Part shown: positions 14,498 to 27,228 of the stretch, in pieces
How positions within the stretch are numbered: the first letter of the stretch is position 1
Layout of the letters: each line of letters opens with the position of its first letter
From: Lytechinus pictus
Lineage: Eukaryota
NCBI RefSeq assembly: GCF_037042905.1
Contig: NC_087245.1
Location: 5,830,001 to 5,894,000 of the forward strand
Length of the DNA: 64,000 bases
Direction of reading: 5' to 3'
Translations under genes and position numbers: made by a program
Notes under the pieces: generated by a model
Databases searched by the model: none
The model's input: only the letters and a program-made list of their open reading frames with translations
What the model was told of the DNA's origin: nothing

Positions 14498-15189
14498 ATA
14501 TAAATAAACCAAAAGGGTGTTCTCTATGATTCATACTTATGACTAGACCGATTCATACACAAATCGTATATGCTATAAATAAAATTAATAAAGAGTATTC
14601 GTCTTAAAGCAGTTTAAGAAATAAATACAATACCAGTGCTTGATGAGAACAGACCACATATGTTTCACATAAAGCGATGTATGCTGCAGAGAAATGAAGA
14701 AACTTATTATTTTAACCGAATCTTATCGCATTGTAAATCAACTATTTTTCCATAGCATGAAAGAAAACAAAACTATATGCGTTTTGCAACTGCCTTCATC
14801 AGCTAAATAATTTCTTATCAAAGGGACAACCTATCGAAAGAAATTATTAATTATCATATTTAGTCGACAATTCTAATTTTATTATAACATGGGCTCATTT
14901 GGTGCAGACTCCTTAATGAGTTCAAGTGTGAAACCGTGCTGCTATGTTATGCCTAAGATTGGAGTATCGGATTGCTTCAGTTGGTTTTGGAAAGATTGAG
15001 GGAATTAAAAAAATATGTTATGTTTAGCATTATCAAACAAGGGAGCTCTGATAGGCCCCATTATTTGGTATACATTCCTAAAATAAACTTGAAAATTGGA
15101 TGAAACGGGATTTGGCGTTGAAGACAAGGATTTCAACTCAAAGTAGTGATCCAATGAGAACGAATGGAAGCCTAAATCTCAGCCATTAC

Positions 15190-15466
15190 GGGCTTGGTCA
15201 CACTGCACTTACGGATGCAGAGGAGATGGAAAACGGAAATAAATCTTGCCATCCGTTGGAAAACGTTATGTATCCGTTGTGTACTCTTTGCATACGTGTT
15301 TCATACGCTCTATATCCATCGAGCATCCGTCCACTATTTCATTGTTCGCCCATTTTGTCCATTGTCTTGAGCGGATAAAAACGAATGAGGCCAACCTGAA
15401 ATTTTGCTTGTCCGACGTATTCGTTATGAATACGCTGTATGTCTGTCGGCCAGTGTGACCAGGCTT
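15190..15466. mobile_element. Harbinger/Tourist-like MITE, copy 2 (inverted relative to 13480)
   Basis: Reverse-complement match to 13480-13757 along its length, e.g. AAACGTTATGTATCCGTTGTGTACTCTTTGCATACGTGTTT. Confidence 0.85.
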
Positions 15467-17659
15467 TTACCGGAAAGTTCCGCTTAAAATCAATCCGTGC
15501 TTTTAATTGACTTTAAATGATTCATTTGATTGATTCGGAAATTGATAAGGCCTGATGAAGAACTAGCTGTTAAATAATTAGAGAAATATTGATTTTCCTC
15601 TCAAAATCATCCTCCAAAGGGTATGACATTTAGCTAAATAACTCTGGTAAAATATTTTTAACAGGGCCTTCATCTTGATAATAGTTTTGCACTGCGAACT
15701 CCCAAAGGTTGGTATTTGCATAATTGGGTCGTATGATCTTTTAAGTCCTTCAGTTATTTCTTCTTCTTCGATTGAATGAAAAAAACATGGCAATAACTTT
15801 CCTCAGTGGCATTTAATTTAAAATGAATCTTTAGCGATGTTATGACATTATGACTTCGTTCAAATCATCTGATTTTCCCCTTTATACTGACAGATGGATA
15901 ACAATTATGCGTAAAATATGACATTCACATTTTACCGTAATTATGATGGAAAAATGGACGAAGATATTCGACGATTTTTTTTTGAGGGGGAAATTGAGAT
16001 TGATCAATGTCTTCTGGGGGAATTGTCGGTCAGCCAATAATTAAACATGTTGATGAATTCAAAACTTTGCATCAATATGGGTTTTAAGTTTGGCGACTTT
16101 TCAATTGAGTGTTATCACGTACCCTAACAAAATCTTAGGGCAAATGAGAACAGGAGTTATGTGATTGTTGTTGTGTAAAGACTGGGGAGGGGAATGACGA
16201 TGTAACACGATAGCGACAGGTACGAATTCAAGAGCAGCCCCATTCCCCTGTCTTGGTCACACGTTTTACACAATTACTACACTGCCGCTTCCCCCACCCT
16301 CTTCCTTCTGCAATAATTGAGGGTGGAAAGGGGCTTTTTGAGAGTGCACTTTTTTCATATCTATTATATTATTATGCTCATTAGATTTTTTGAAGGAATG
16401 TTTCTTTTTTCTTTGCCGACGGTATTTCCTTTTTTGTAGCTTGCAGTGTTGTCCGAATTTTGCAAAATAAAAGGACTCGATATTTTGTAACCCCCCCCCC
16501 CCCCACTAGAAAAGTATTGATCTCGATTACATGCCCCATCAAATTGTAAAACTAGCCTCCTATTTGCCATCTACCATTTTTCTGTTAAATATACAAACAA
16601 AGCATTAGAGAAATAGAATGCAAAAAATCAAGGGCATGCGTGAATATGTAAAGAATGATTAACCATGATGACCATGGTGAGTATAATTTTGCTTGACATA
16701 ATTGTTACTGCGCCATTATGTCTGGTGTATATCTGAGTTAATGAACAACATAATCATGATTCCGTCATTGACACTCCGTGCAAGCAAAAGCCTCATCATA
16801 CTACTGGTAACTGTATATTCATTTCGTTTCTTTCCCCATTCTGTGTATTCCTTGCGAAGGAGCTAGTTTCAATTACGAGATGGAATGACAAAGACGAATG
16901 ACGGGAGTGAAATGACGGAGCGATGGGCGTGGCAGAAATGATCATAGAATTAATATGGAGGAATTTCCTTCCTCGCAGGCAATGAATCCAGTGTCTATAC
17001 AGGTCATCTTTTATAAATGGCGGTAGATTTTTTTTAATTGGTAAAATAGAAACTGAATTAAAATATGAATAAGTACATGAATAATTAAATAAATTAGTAG
17101 ATAAATAGATTAATAATTATTAAAAATCGTAAAGAATCTTTGTAATATGGGGGGGGGGACTAAACGGTGGAAAATGGTCAAGGCCTGATGGCGTATGTGA
17201 AGTAAGGACGATACAAGGCTGATATCTAACAAAGAAGCAATGGCAGGTAATAATACAGGAAGTTGCATGCTGCGTCGTTGTTCATAATTGGAGTTTCCAT
17301 GACAAAATCACGTTGTTTTTTTTTACTTAGAGGGGGGGGGGGGGGTAATTCAAAGTTTTTCTGATTTCAAATGAATTAAATTTGCGAAAGAACTTTGGTT
17401 TATTACTCTTATGTTGATTTGAATTGAGATGGAATTTTATTGCTAAATTATTATGGCGTTTATGAAAAGGCATGTGCTTAACGTTTTACCTTTTCCTGGT
17501 CTTCTGGCTAATGAAGAGAACATTCCCAATTCGAAGAGAATCGGATGTTTGATCGATGAGCGTAAATGAACGAAGTGAACAATTCATCTAAACAAAGACA
17601 CATCCAACTTAACTCGTTGATAGGAGGCTGGTTGAAAAATATTGTTGTGTGATTCCTTA

Positions 17660-17862
17660 TACTTTAGTCACATTTGCTATACGGCGCGCCGTGGCGGGTG
17701 TAAGGCGAGTCCGAAACATTTTTTTTTTAACCAGCTATATACATGTATATAGCTATATACAGCTATATATATATATTTGAATAGGTGGTTTGAATACAAA
17801 TGAATGAAATGGCTGTTTTTTACTCGCCGTACGGCCGCCGTAGAGCAAATGTGACTGAGGTA
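17660..17862. mobile_element. Harbinger-type MITE, TTA TSD
   Basis: TTA|TACTTTAGTCACATTTGCT...AGCAAATGTGACTGAGGTA|TTA; second copy at 49975. Confidence 0.85.
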
Positions 17863-18093
17863 TTATGATATATTTGTTTTTCTTTCTCAAAGTCTTGCAT
17901 AATGCCGCTGATTCTCTTCTGCGTTTCAACATTCAATCACTAATCCGTTGGTCCATCATTTTGAAATTATAAAATTAAATTTGAGAATGCATCGAATTCA
18001 TATTGATAGGTAATAAACCATATGGTATAGGTCCCTCGGATACGTCACATATTGAGAAATATATTTTGTGCGTATGTATGTATATTATAAATA

Positions 18094-18135
18094 CCGCTCT
18101 CAACCCAGGTAAATAAATGAATATCCGGTAGGGTA
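18094..18135 (+). mobile_element. Possible remnant of a SINE central domain
   Basis: CTCAACCCAGGTAAATAAATGAATATCCGG resembles the recalled ACCCAGGTGTATAAATGGGTACC SINE core; short and degenerate. Confidence 0.25.
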
Positions 18136-21100
18136 ATCGTAAGATAACGAAGTATAACGGTTATGGGGCATGTTATGGTAATGGCAACCGCCCCTTTTAA
18201 CCCAAGTAACCAACTAAATATAGATGATAGCTTTTCTTATTTTTGGAAGAGATCACATAGAGCTAAAACAACGATAAAATCATCATTATTTAGAAAGCAA
18301 TAACATAGTATTTCTTAATTTTGAACTTCACAGGCTAAGTCAGTAGAATTACTCTAACAGCATAATATCGAGAATATCGAGAATGTTGCCTCGATATCAA
18401 AATTTTCGTCCCAGAATGTTTTTCCCCTGGATTTAACCAAACATCTTAATTGAATATTCAATTGACTATTATACACTGTGTAAAAGAAGCAGAAATGGTC
18501 GATCTGCAAAAATAAGGGGATTGAGGCTATTCTGTGATGGTTTATTGAAGAGCTTGAGATAAAAAATGGTTGTTATAGATTCATAACTCTTAAGGCAATG
18601 CATGGTAATTCACCTTGCATGTTGCAAAATAGGCATAATATGCTCCAATGATTTGTTAGCATGAATTTCTCACAGCCACAAAAAAGAGAGAATGTATCTT
18701 ATTCAATCTGGATTGGCATCACGGAGAAGGAATAAATTTAAGGAGACATGATTTAGTTTATTGATAGTCTGTCAGGCCTGTCCTACATACATATATTAGC
18801 ACTGATCAATTATTTTCCACATATTTTTTTTATATTAAAAAAAAACAACCTGTTTTGGTCCCTTTCCTACCCTATTCGTTACCCCCCCCCCTCCCCCCTT
18901 CTCTGCTCCCATTGCCTCTATTTAATAAACGTTTGCACGTACGTGGCATTATACTCGTCAAGATATAAAGATAAATCACTTGTATGTTTATGACACAAGT
19001 ATGGTCGTCCATCCACGAATCAAGCGATCTTCTGTTCCCCAATCTCCACGCGATTACATGACTAGATCATTAATGTGCTTCTCATCTGGGCAATCATGAT
19101 TTATATAATATAATTTCCTGTATCTCCAGGCAAGTATGAAAGGATCTTCTGTTGAAAATGCATCGTAACGATTTAAGTATTTTTTTTTCTTTTGACTTCA
19201 AAAGAGCGATTGTTTTTCTCCTTGATAAACATTATGTTCTGAGCAGATATTCGAAATACACTTGGCATGTTTGACGTCATATGAATTTTTTGCAGTACAA
19301 TAGTATTATCGGGTACTCGTGATAGCTGGAGAACGGGAACTTGGGACAGAATGATATCCCATTCGAATGAACTGGTATGTCACTGCACAAATAACCCTTT
19401 CTGATAACACTCCGGTAGAGATTGAAAACTGCTGAAAAATGACCCTTAATAGCCTTAATTCCTCCGGTAAAATGTTTTATACAAAGGGCTAATGGGAGTG
19501 TTACCAGCACATATGCCTATGGAGGTCTCCCACATTTCAAAATGTATTATTTTGATATATATATATATATATATATTCTGCTATATGTTTCAATCATTAA
19601 AAAAAAAATATCAGGTATTTTTATTTCAATTAGAATGTTAGCCTGTATGTGTGAATATGTTATTCATTATGTCATTTGCTCGTTATGTTATGCTGAGAAA
19701 AAAAAAAGATTATATTTGTATATACTTGTGCTATTGGAATGTGGAAATAAATAAATCAAATCAAATTAATTTAATCCACACTTTCGCTTCCGTATTGTAT
19801 TACTCTGAATATATGTCACAATGTCTCATTTTCCAAGAAACAAAGAAAGGCGGAGTGCGGCAGCGTCTGTGCATGCGCAGAAGAAGTGATCCGATCTATT
19901 ACATCGTACTCCGACAAGCTGCTGCCATTCAGGCTAATGAAATAAAATAAAAAATTGTTTAAATAAACAGCGTGAAGCAGTCTGGGTTATTTGTCCAAAT
20001 TTTTGGTTATATACAGATCACACGTTTTAGTGTGGGAGTATTCCCTATAGCGGAAGTATAGTATAGCAGAAGAAGTAGCAGTAATGAAAGCAATAGCATC
20101 GTGATAGCTAGTAGAAATAATAGAAAAAATGGTAGAATTTAACTATTTATTTATACATGCATATAAAATAATTAATAAAATAATACAAAACATAAACGCC
20201 CAGAATATATGTTCTTGATGGCGTACTGTTTTCAGTGGAATTCAGGGACTATTTAAGTGGTAGAAAAATCAGCATCGGTACACTCATCAACAATTTAGAC
20301 GTCCAACAACCTTCCCAAAAAATTTCATTCTACCCTTTACTCGTTATAAGAATCATAATAATGCGCTAGTGTAATGATATGTGATTGACTATTCATGCAG
20401 TTATGAGTCAATTCCAATAAGTCTGTCTCACTCATACATCATCAGGATCTCCAGCAACCGTAACGAGGATATTAAAGATGGTATCCACAAATGTTATATT
20501 AAGGTCAATTCTTTCCTGGCATGTTGATTGTAATTGGTACAAAAAAAGACAAAATAAAATATCAAAATCGGATGTAAAATAAGAAATTTATAGCATGTAA
20601 AGTTTTTTTAAATTCAATAAGGAGGGGTTCATGCTAAAAGTAGCAATTTAACCAAAAACACCTTCATTTTGGAGCTTTTTAATGATATTGAAGGGGTTAA
20701 TTTTTTTCTGCCAAAAATCACCTTCATTTCGGAGTGAACCCCAACCCCCTTTTCGTTTGCTTGTCATTTCTTTTTACAAACCAGCACACCCCCTTCGAAA
20801 ATCGTTCCTAGGGCCCTGAAAGAGTGAGTACATGTGTGACGTTTCCTAATTTACATATTGCTCTTGAATAGCAGACAACTGTATTTGAAAAATAACAAGC
20901 GCGATCGTTACGGACCCCCCCCCCCCCCTTCACCATTTCATCGACACTGACAATTTACTTATTCTCAATTTAGCAGAAATACGTGGTCCAAAATGATTTG
21001 ATAACATTTTTTTAATAGACAGCCATACTATTTTATGTGATTACATTAATAATACAATAAATTCTGCATCAAAGAATAGATTTATGTAGTTAGCTATCGC

Positions 21101-21366
21101 TGATCAAAAAAAGTAATCTATTGATATCGATGATGATTACCTGTCTATACCTTCCACAAAACCACTTTTAAATTGACAACTTTAAAAAGTGCATTCGCCT
21201 ATAGAGGAACAGCCACACGCGACTCGAATGACCGGACTGCTCTAATTGAAAACCGATAACAGAACCCAACAATTTCAAGCTTTTCAGTTAACTGCAGACA
21301 ATATAGAAAAGGATGCGCTTTGAATGAGAGTATGATTTCCAATAAGTGTTAATAAAAATAACTCAC

Positions 21367-21620
21367 CTTTTATTGGCTGGGCATCTTTACACTCACAAGA
21401 CCAATGTGAAAGAAGAAGAAGTGATTTACGTTGGCGTATGAAGGAGAAACGGGATGAAAATTCCGAAATATCCTAGGTCTGTGATGCTTCGTTGGAGTGC
21501 AAGGAGACGTGAGGATAATAAATGTACGCCTACACCATCCAAGTTCTAAAGCACTACTGAGCAAGAATTTACTACAATGCGTTGTGAGAGGCTAACTGAT
21601 TGGTTAGTCTTCCACGTCAA
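21367..21620 (-). promoter_or_regulatory. Candidate promoter and non-coding first exon of a minus-strand gene
   Basis: Consensus donor AAG|GTGAGT at 21367/21366; Inr-like TCAGT near 21558; CCAAT at 21599-21603; TGACGTGG at 21612-21619. Confidence 0.35.
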
Positions 21621-24035
21621 GCTGCCGCTGGTAATGATGCAGCAGTGTGCTTTCTCATCTTCAGGAACTCCCCTCCTCACCCTTCCCACTTTCTCTCTCT
21701 CTTTCTAATAATCACAATTAGTTGTCTTCCCTGTCTGATAATGAAATCAATTTTTCCGCATCTTACAGTCGAAACATTTTGCTTTCTCAAATTCGTCATA
21801 ATTGGTATCAATCGCAGTTTATTTCTTTATCTTTCACAATAACGACGTGTCATTGTTCTTGTGATATTCGTTTCTCTTTTTGTATTTCGTATTCCTAGCA
21901 ATGTTTTATTCTGGTTTTTTATTCAATTACCGCAAGCGTATCCCTGGGAATCCAGAACCTTTATGTATGCATCGCAAGTCGGATAAATTGAAACTTGTTT
22001 AAAGATATCCTTATCACACATTAATGGAAAATTGAACAAACGCCGACAATAAATCCATGCTGGAAGCAAACGATTTCTGTATTTTCATAACGTGATCATT
22101 ATTATTATGACTATTGATTGTTGTTATCATTTTACATCGTTATCATTTTCTTTGTTTTCATCGTTTCAGCATTTTTATCCTTTTACCTTTCATTTTATTT
22201 ATGCTGTACTTCTCGATAAACAGTCATATAGCACACGTAAATTTGACGCATAAGGAAATAGCATTGTAGTTTTTTGCGCTTGAATATGAATATTGTATGA
22301 TTTCGGTATACACTAAACTGTAAACTTACACAAGCATAATTAACTATGTTGCCATATTACATACTTTATGCTGCAATTCATTACATGTAATCAAACACTC
22401 TTAATTTATAACATTTATGTAATACCTCATCCCCACACACACACCCACACTAATCGGACATTTTATAATCCAACAGTAGTATAGGCCTATAATGTAATTC
22501 TGTATTGGAATCATGATAAGGTAAAGTAATGGCACAATGTGACTATGTAGTGTGAACATGGCTCCTTGCACCTGTTCATCTTTCGGTGAGCTCTGTAATA
22601 CTAGTTGTCACTCCCGAGTTCAAACGCCCCCTTTTGGTAAATGCTCAATACTTGAGCGTGCACCTCGCATCAAACGGGCGAAGTTCAAGTTCATTCAAAT
22701 AGCACCGAGGAACCAGGTGATATTATGTGAGACAGTGAAAAGAAAGATTTTGCGGCATGACCGAATTTATTTTCGAAGAAAAAGTAGTATCTTGATGAGC
22801 GGTTGCAGTCTGTAGAAGCGATTGATTGTCACCACTGTTTAGTATTTGTTATATTATCAAATCTGTAAATCAGAGCAGTAGATACCACAGGATCTCTGAT
22901 TGTCAAACAATAACCTAAACATACACATGAACAAAAAAATATTCACAAAAATTGGCACGATTGATGGTGATGTTGTCCATAGGTAGACCCAGATGGCGGA
23001 AGCCCCCCCCCCCTCCCCCCATTGGCGAAACAAAACAAAGAGAGAACGGATAGGAGAAGAGGGAAAGTAGAAAAAATGAGAAATACATATGAATAAAAAT
23101 AGGTGGAGGGAGAATTAAACAATAAGAAAATGATAAAAACTTTGCTTTGCTCTTGCATTTCTTTGAAAAGTGAAAAAGGCATCATGTTCATACAGTGCAA
23201 CAATTCAGGTCTGAATATATCAAATTGTATTGGCCTGTTGTTTAGTGAGATACATTTCCCGAATTCCTACAAACTGCCCTTAAAGTTTCCTTTTTTTTGG
23301 TTCAGTATATCAAACATTTCGATTCGCAATGACAATGAAAATGATTAAATTTGACTAATGTCACAATCATTCGATATTTGGGAAACAATCATTGAAGCAT
23401 AATGTTGAATCTTTCTTCCTTGGGCAATTTGAAATTTTGAAATATTTACTAAATAATGAAATTATACATAAAATGATTACTAAGTCAATAATTGTTCGGA
23501 CATCATTCGCTCTCAATAATCACATAACATCGAAACTCGAAAACTTCATACCATCTGTGGCTCGAATTTCATTTTACGTATCGTCATATATCAAAATTCG
23601 ACAGCATCTCTTTCAGACAAAGAAAAAAAATGCAAACTTTCATCATGTCAAGTCTCGCATTGGTATTTTCCTCAAAATTACACCTCTTTGTGTTTTGCTG
23701 CAGAATGCATCTTTTCACAATAGATTGTACCCTCTGTGCTCCTTTATTTTAAAGTGTTTAAAACCTGAAAGTATTTTTATCACATAACAAAAGATATATA
23801 AATAATTTCAAAATAATGGTGATGTCTTATTGAGCGCACACACCGTCGAAAGACGATCATGGCGCTAGCTCAGCAACAGTTCCTTTGGATTACAAAATAA
23901 TACAAACGGATACTTTTGGAGAAAAAAAAAGAAAAAGTACATTTCTGCATCACCCAATTCCTAGCTCCACCATGGTGGGGCCTGGTGCCCTCCAGCTTGC
24001 TGCTCCGTTCACCGACAATTTAAGGGGCAAGCCCG

Positions 24036-24135
24036 GTCTCTCTCTCTCTCTCTCCCTCATACACACATACACACATATCCCCCCACGCACACACATACCC
24101 TCACACACACACATTCTCTCTCTCTCTCTCTCTCG
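24036..24135. repeat. (CT)n/(CA)n compound microsatellite
   Basis: Directly visible. Confidence 0.8.
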
Positions 24136-24433
24136 CTCCTCCCATCCCTATCTATGCCAACGCTATTGCCGAGTAGGTAAGTCATCCCATGTTGTAAAGA
24201 CTAACCCAATCCTGCATGCTTTGCAGAGCAATCTCTAGCTGTCTGCGACCAATATGAAGCGAGGATAATCTTTACCTTACTACACCAGAAGAGAGGTATT
24301 AGCACAAATGGAAAAAAATCTAGCAAAAAGATAACCCTCTTCATCCACTCTTTATAACCCTGAACCTGTAAAAAAAGAGACTCAATTCTAGACACAGTTT
24401 TCTTAACTTGATGGCTCTACACACGGTCAAAGG

Positions 24434-24739
24434 CCCGGGGGTGGGGGGCAGTCAAATATATTGCTGTACACATGCGTGACCAAAAAACGCGTTTAAAGGG
24501 GTGTTATTAGTTTGGACGCGGGCTGCGCGAGCACCCGTTAAGGATAAAAAAAACCCACCGATTTTCAAAGAATAGGGTGGTTTTGAAAGACTGGTAAATG
24601 GTCAATCGCGGGATCAAACGCATTTAGGGTTTGTTTATTTTTCCAAAGCTTTTTTTTTAAGACTAGCCAAACGTGTTTATGGTATGTTTTTTAATTTGGT
24701 CACGCTTGTGTACAGCAATACATTTGACTGCCCCCCGGG
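24434..24739. mobile_element. MITE with CCCGGG termini and 8-bp TSD
   Basis: GTCAAAGG|CCCGGGG...GCAGTCAAATATATTGCTGTACACATGCGTGACCAAA versus TTTGGTCACGCTTGTGTACAGCAATACATTTGACTGCCCCCCGGG|ATCAAAGG (7/8 match). Confidence 0.85.
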
Positions 24740-24861
24740 ATCAAAGGATAACCCCATATCCATTTCCGATCTGTGACTCATGATTAAACTCTACTACGGA
24801 CTTCGTGAATCACTCCTCCAGGTTCAAGTAAGGAATGGCGAACCTAGTCACGACTTCATTC

Positions 24862-25370
24862 CGGTTACACTTCGTAAATCCGAAGATTCGTTATTCCGAA
24901 GGTTTGTTATTCCGAAACACGTAAATTTCCTATAACTCGATGTTCGATGTTCGTTAAGCCGAATTGCCGAAAACGAATAAGGGTTCGTTAATCCGAACAT
25001 TTGTGGCGTTATTCCGAAGGTTCGTCAGTCCGGAAACGAAATGAGGTTCGTTATTCCGAAGGTTCGTTAATCCGAAAACGAAATAAGGTTCGTTGTTCCG
25101 AAAGATCGTTAATCCCAAAACGAAATAAGGTTCGTTGTTCCGAAGGTTCGATAATCCGAAAACAAAATAAGGTTCTTTGTTCCGAAGGTTCGATTATCCG
25201 AAAACGAAATAAGGTTCGTTGTTCCGAAGGGTCGTTAATCCAAAAACGAAATAAGGTTCGTTGTTCCGAAGGGTCGTTAATCCCAAAACGAAATAAGGTT
25301 CGTTGTTCCGAAGGGTCGTTAATCCGAAAACGAAATAAGGTTCGTTGTTCCGAAGGGTCGTTAATCCGTT
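24862..25370 (+). repeat. 42-bp tandem repeat (TTCCGAAGGTTCGTTAATCCGAAAACGAAATAAGGTTCGTTG)
   Basis: About 8-9 full head-to-tail units with no unique spacers. Confidence 0.9.
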
Positions 25371-25480
25371 AATCTAAAATGTATACTTTAATCTTTTTCA
25401 ATTCGAAAACGGCACATTTCATTTTGAAAAAAAAACAAGGGAATTTTCCATTTTGGAAAAACAGCATTTTGTTCCGACGG

Positions 25481-25541
25481 CAGTGGCGTACCTGGGATTT
25501 TTCACAGGGGGGTGCAAAACCGTCCGCAAAAAAATTTGACA

Positions 25542-25575
<34 letters not shown>

Positions 25576-25703
25576 TCTTCAAGCTCGTCGGGGGGGGGGG
25601 GGGGGCAGGGATACGTCCTTTGCATGGGTTGTGGCTCTTCAGGGGGGGGGGGGGCAGACTGCCCCCTCTGCCCCGTACCGTAGGTACCGTAGGTACGCTA
25701 GTG
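25481..25703. mobile_element. hAT-like MITE with perfect 8-bp TSD
   Basis: TCCGACGG|CAGTGGCGTACCT...AGGTACGCTAGTG|TCCGACGG. Confidence 0.9.
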
Positions 25704-25896
25704 TCCGACGGTGATTGAATATTGCGCTCGCGAGAAGTGAGCAAAATTTCATAGAAATTTCGGGAATTTTGTACTAAAAATTGAACATTCTAATCAATGT
25801 TTCAGATTATGAACAAGACGCGTATGGAACTTACGAATTACTTCGAGCGCGAAGTGCGAGCTGATATTTTTCATAAACTATTATAAAGAGCGATTT

Positions 25897-25960
25897 TAAG
25901 CGCTTTGTATCCTCTGGAAAAAGCGCTATATAAATCCAATTATTATTATCATTATTATTA
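25897..25960 (+). mobile_element. L2-type SINE/LINE 3' tail fragment
   Basis: AAGCGCTTTG...GGAAAAAGCGCTATATAAAT followed by (TAT)n; same tail type as at 3107 and 40611. Confidence 0.6.
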
Positions 25961-26095
25961 ATTTGTTTGTTAGAATTCATGTAGAAGTAGGCCTATACAT
26001 ACAGATGAAAATGCGAGCACGCAGCGCCACCTGATAAGTTTTGACGATCAGACCTGACAAGGAATATTTTGAGAACTTCATGGAATACATGAATA

Positions 26096-26771
26096 CAGTG
26101 CTTTCCACAAAAAAACGAAACCGAGATTAATAGATGATTTATCCTGCCTTAATCGCAAATACAATAGACAGATGACTTATCATTGTAAAACGTAAGGCCT
26201 CCTCTTTCATTATTTGAAATAACTTAGGTTATTCCTCATTCATGCATGAGTGAGCAAAAAAATGCAGAAAGGAAACCAAAAAGTCACTTGGCGGGCGGTA
26301 TCTGAGTTTAAAAGAAAATCACATTCTTAAAAAGTTCAATATCTGCTATTTAATTTGATACCTGAATTACAGAAAATGGTCTAGAAATAACAAAGTTCTG
26401 TTTGTTTGAAATAAGGCTTGAATTCCAATAATATTAGCTGTGCGATAGCTTCGGTGGAAAACCGGTGAAAACACGTATGTTTCATGAAATTATGGAAATA
26501 CAAGCATTGTTTCGAAGAAACATTACTTTGTTATGTCTCGACCATTTTCTGCGATTAAAAAGAAGATATTGAACTTTTTAGGCATAAGCTTTTTATCCTT
26601 TCTTCAAATTGTTTTCACTCACTTATGCGTGAATGAAATCTTGTATGTTATACCAGCTCACAGAAGACATTCTAAGCTTTACAATGATAGGTCATTTGTC
26701 TATTGTATTTGTGATTAAGTTATGATAAATCATCGCTAAACCTCGGTTTCGTTTTTTTGTGGGACGCACTG
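26096..26771. mobile_element. Tc1/mariner-like MITE, TA TSD
   Basis: TA|CAGTGCTTTCCACAAAAAAACGAAACCGAG versus CTCGGTTTCGTTTTTTTGTGGGACGCACTG|TA. Confidence 0.9.
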
Positions 26772-26784
26772 TAATAAGTACTTC

Positions 26785-27228
26785 AAACGAACCTTACTTC
26801 ATTTTTGGACGAACGAACCTTCGAATAAACGAACCTCATTTTGTTCAAGTTGTCGGACTAACGAACCTTGGGATTAACGAACCTCATTTCGTTTGCGGAC
26901 TAACGAACCTTCGGAATTACGAACCTCATTTCGTTTGCGGACTAACGAACCTTCGGAATTACGAACCTCATTTCGTTTTCGGACTAACGAACCTTCAGAA
27001 TTACGAACCTTATTTCGTTTTGGGACTAACCTTCGGAATTACGAACCTCATTTCGTTTTCGGACTAACGAACCTTCGGAATTACGAACCTCATTTCGTTT
27101 TCGGACTAACGAACCTTCGGAAATACGATCCTTATTTCGTTTTCGGACTAACTAACCTTCGGAATTACGAACCTTCGGAATATTCTAACCTTCGGAATAA
27201 CAAAGCGTCGGAATTACGAATGTATGCG
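26785..27228 (-). repeat. 42-bp tandem repeat, inverted copy of the 24862 array
   Basis: Units of ACGAACCTCATTTCGTTTTCGGACTAACGAACCTTCGGAATT. Confidence 0.9.

Larger units (their letters stand above)
24862..27228. mobile_element. Foldback-type element with inverted 42-bp minisatellite arms and nested inserts
   Basis: Left arm 24862-25370 and right arm 26785-27228 are reverse-complement tandem arrays; termini CGGTTACACTTCG / CGAATGTATGCG; flanks CTTCATTC / CTTAATTC. Confidence 0.8.

Noticed and set aside
19060..19770. Possible Tx1-type RT C-terminal remnant (NFLQYNSII) and retroelement tail
   Set aside because: A single short motif is not enough support.
24862..25370. CRISPR-like array / repeat protein ORF 25001-25372
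   Set aside because: The units are head-to-tail with no unique spacers, there are no cas genes, the context is eukaryotic, and the ORF is a by-product of the 42-bp period.
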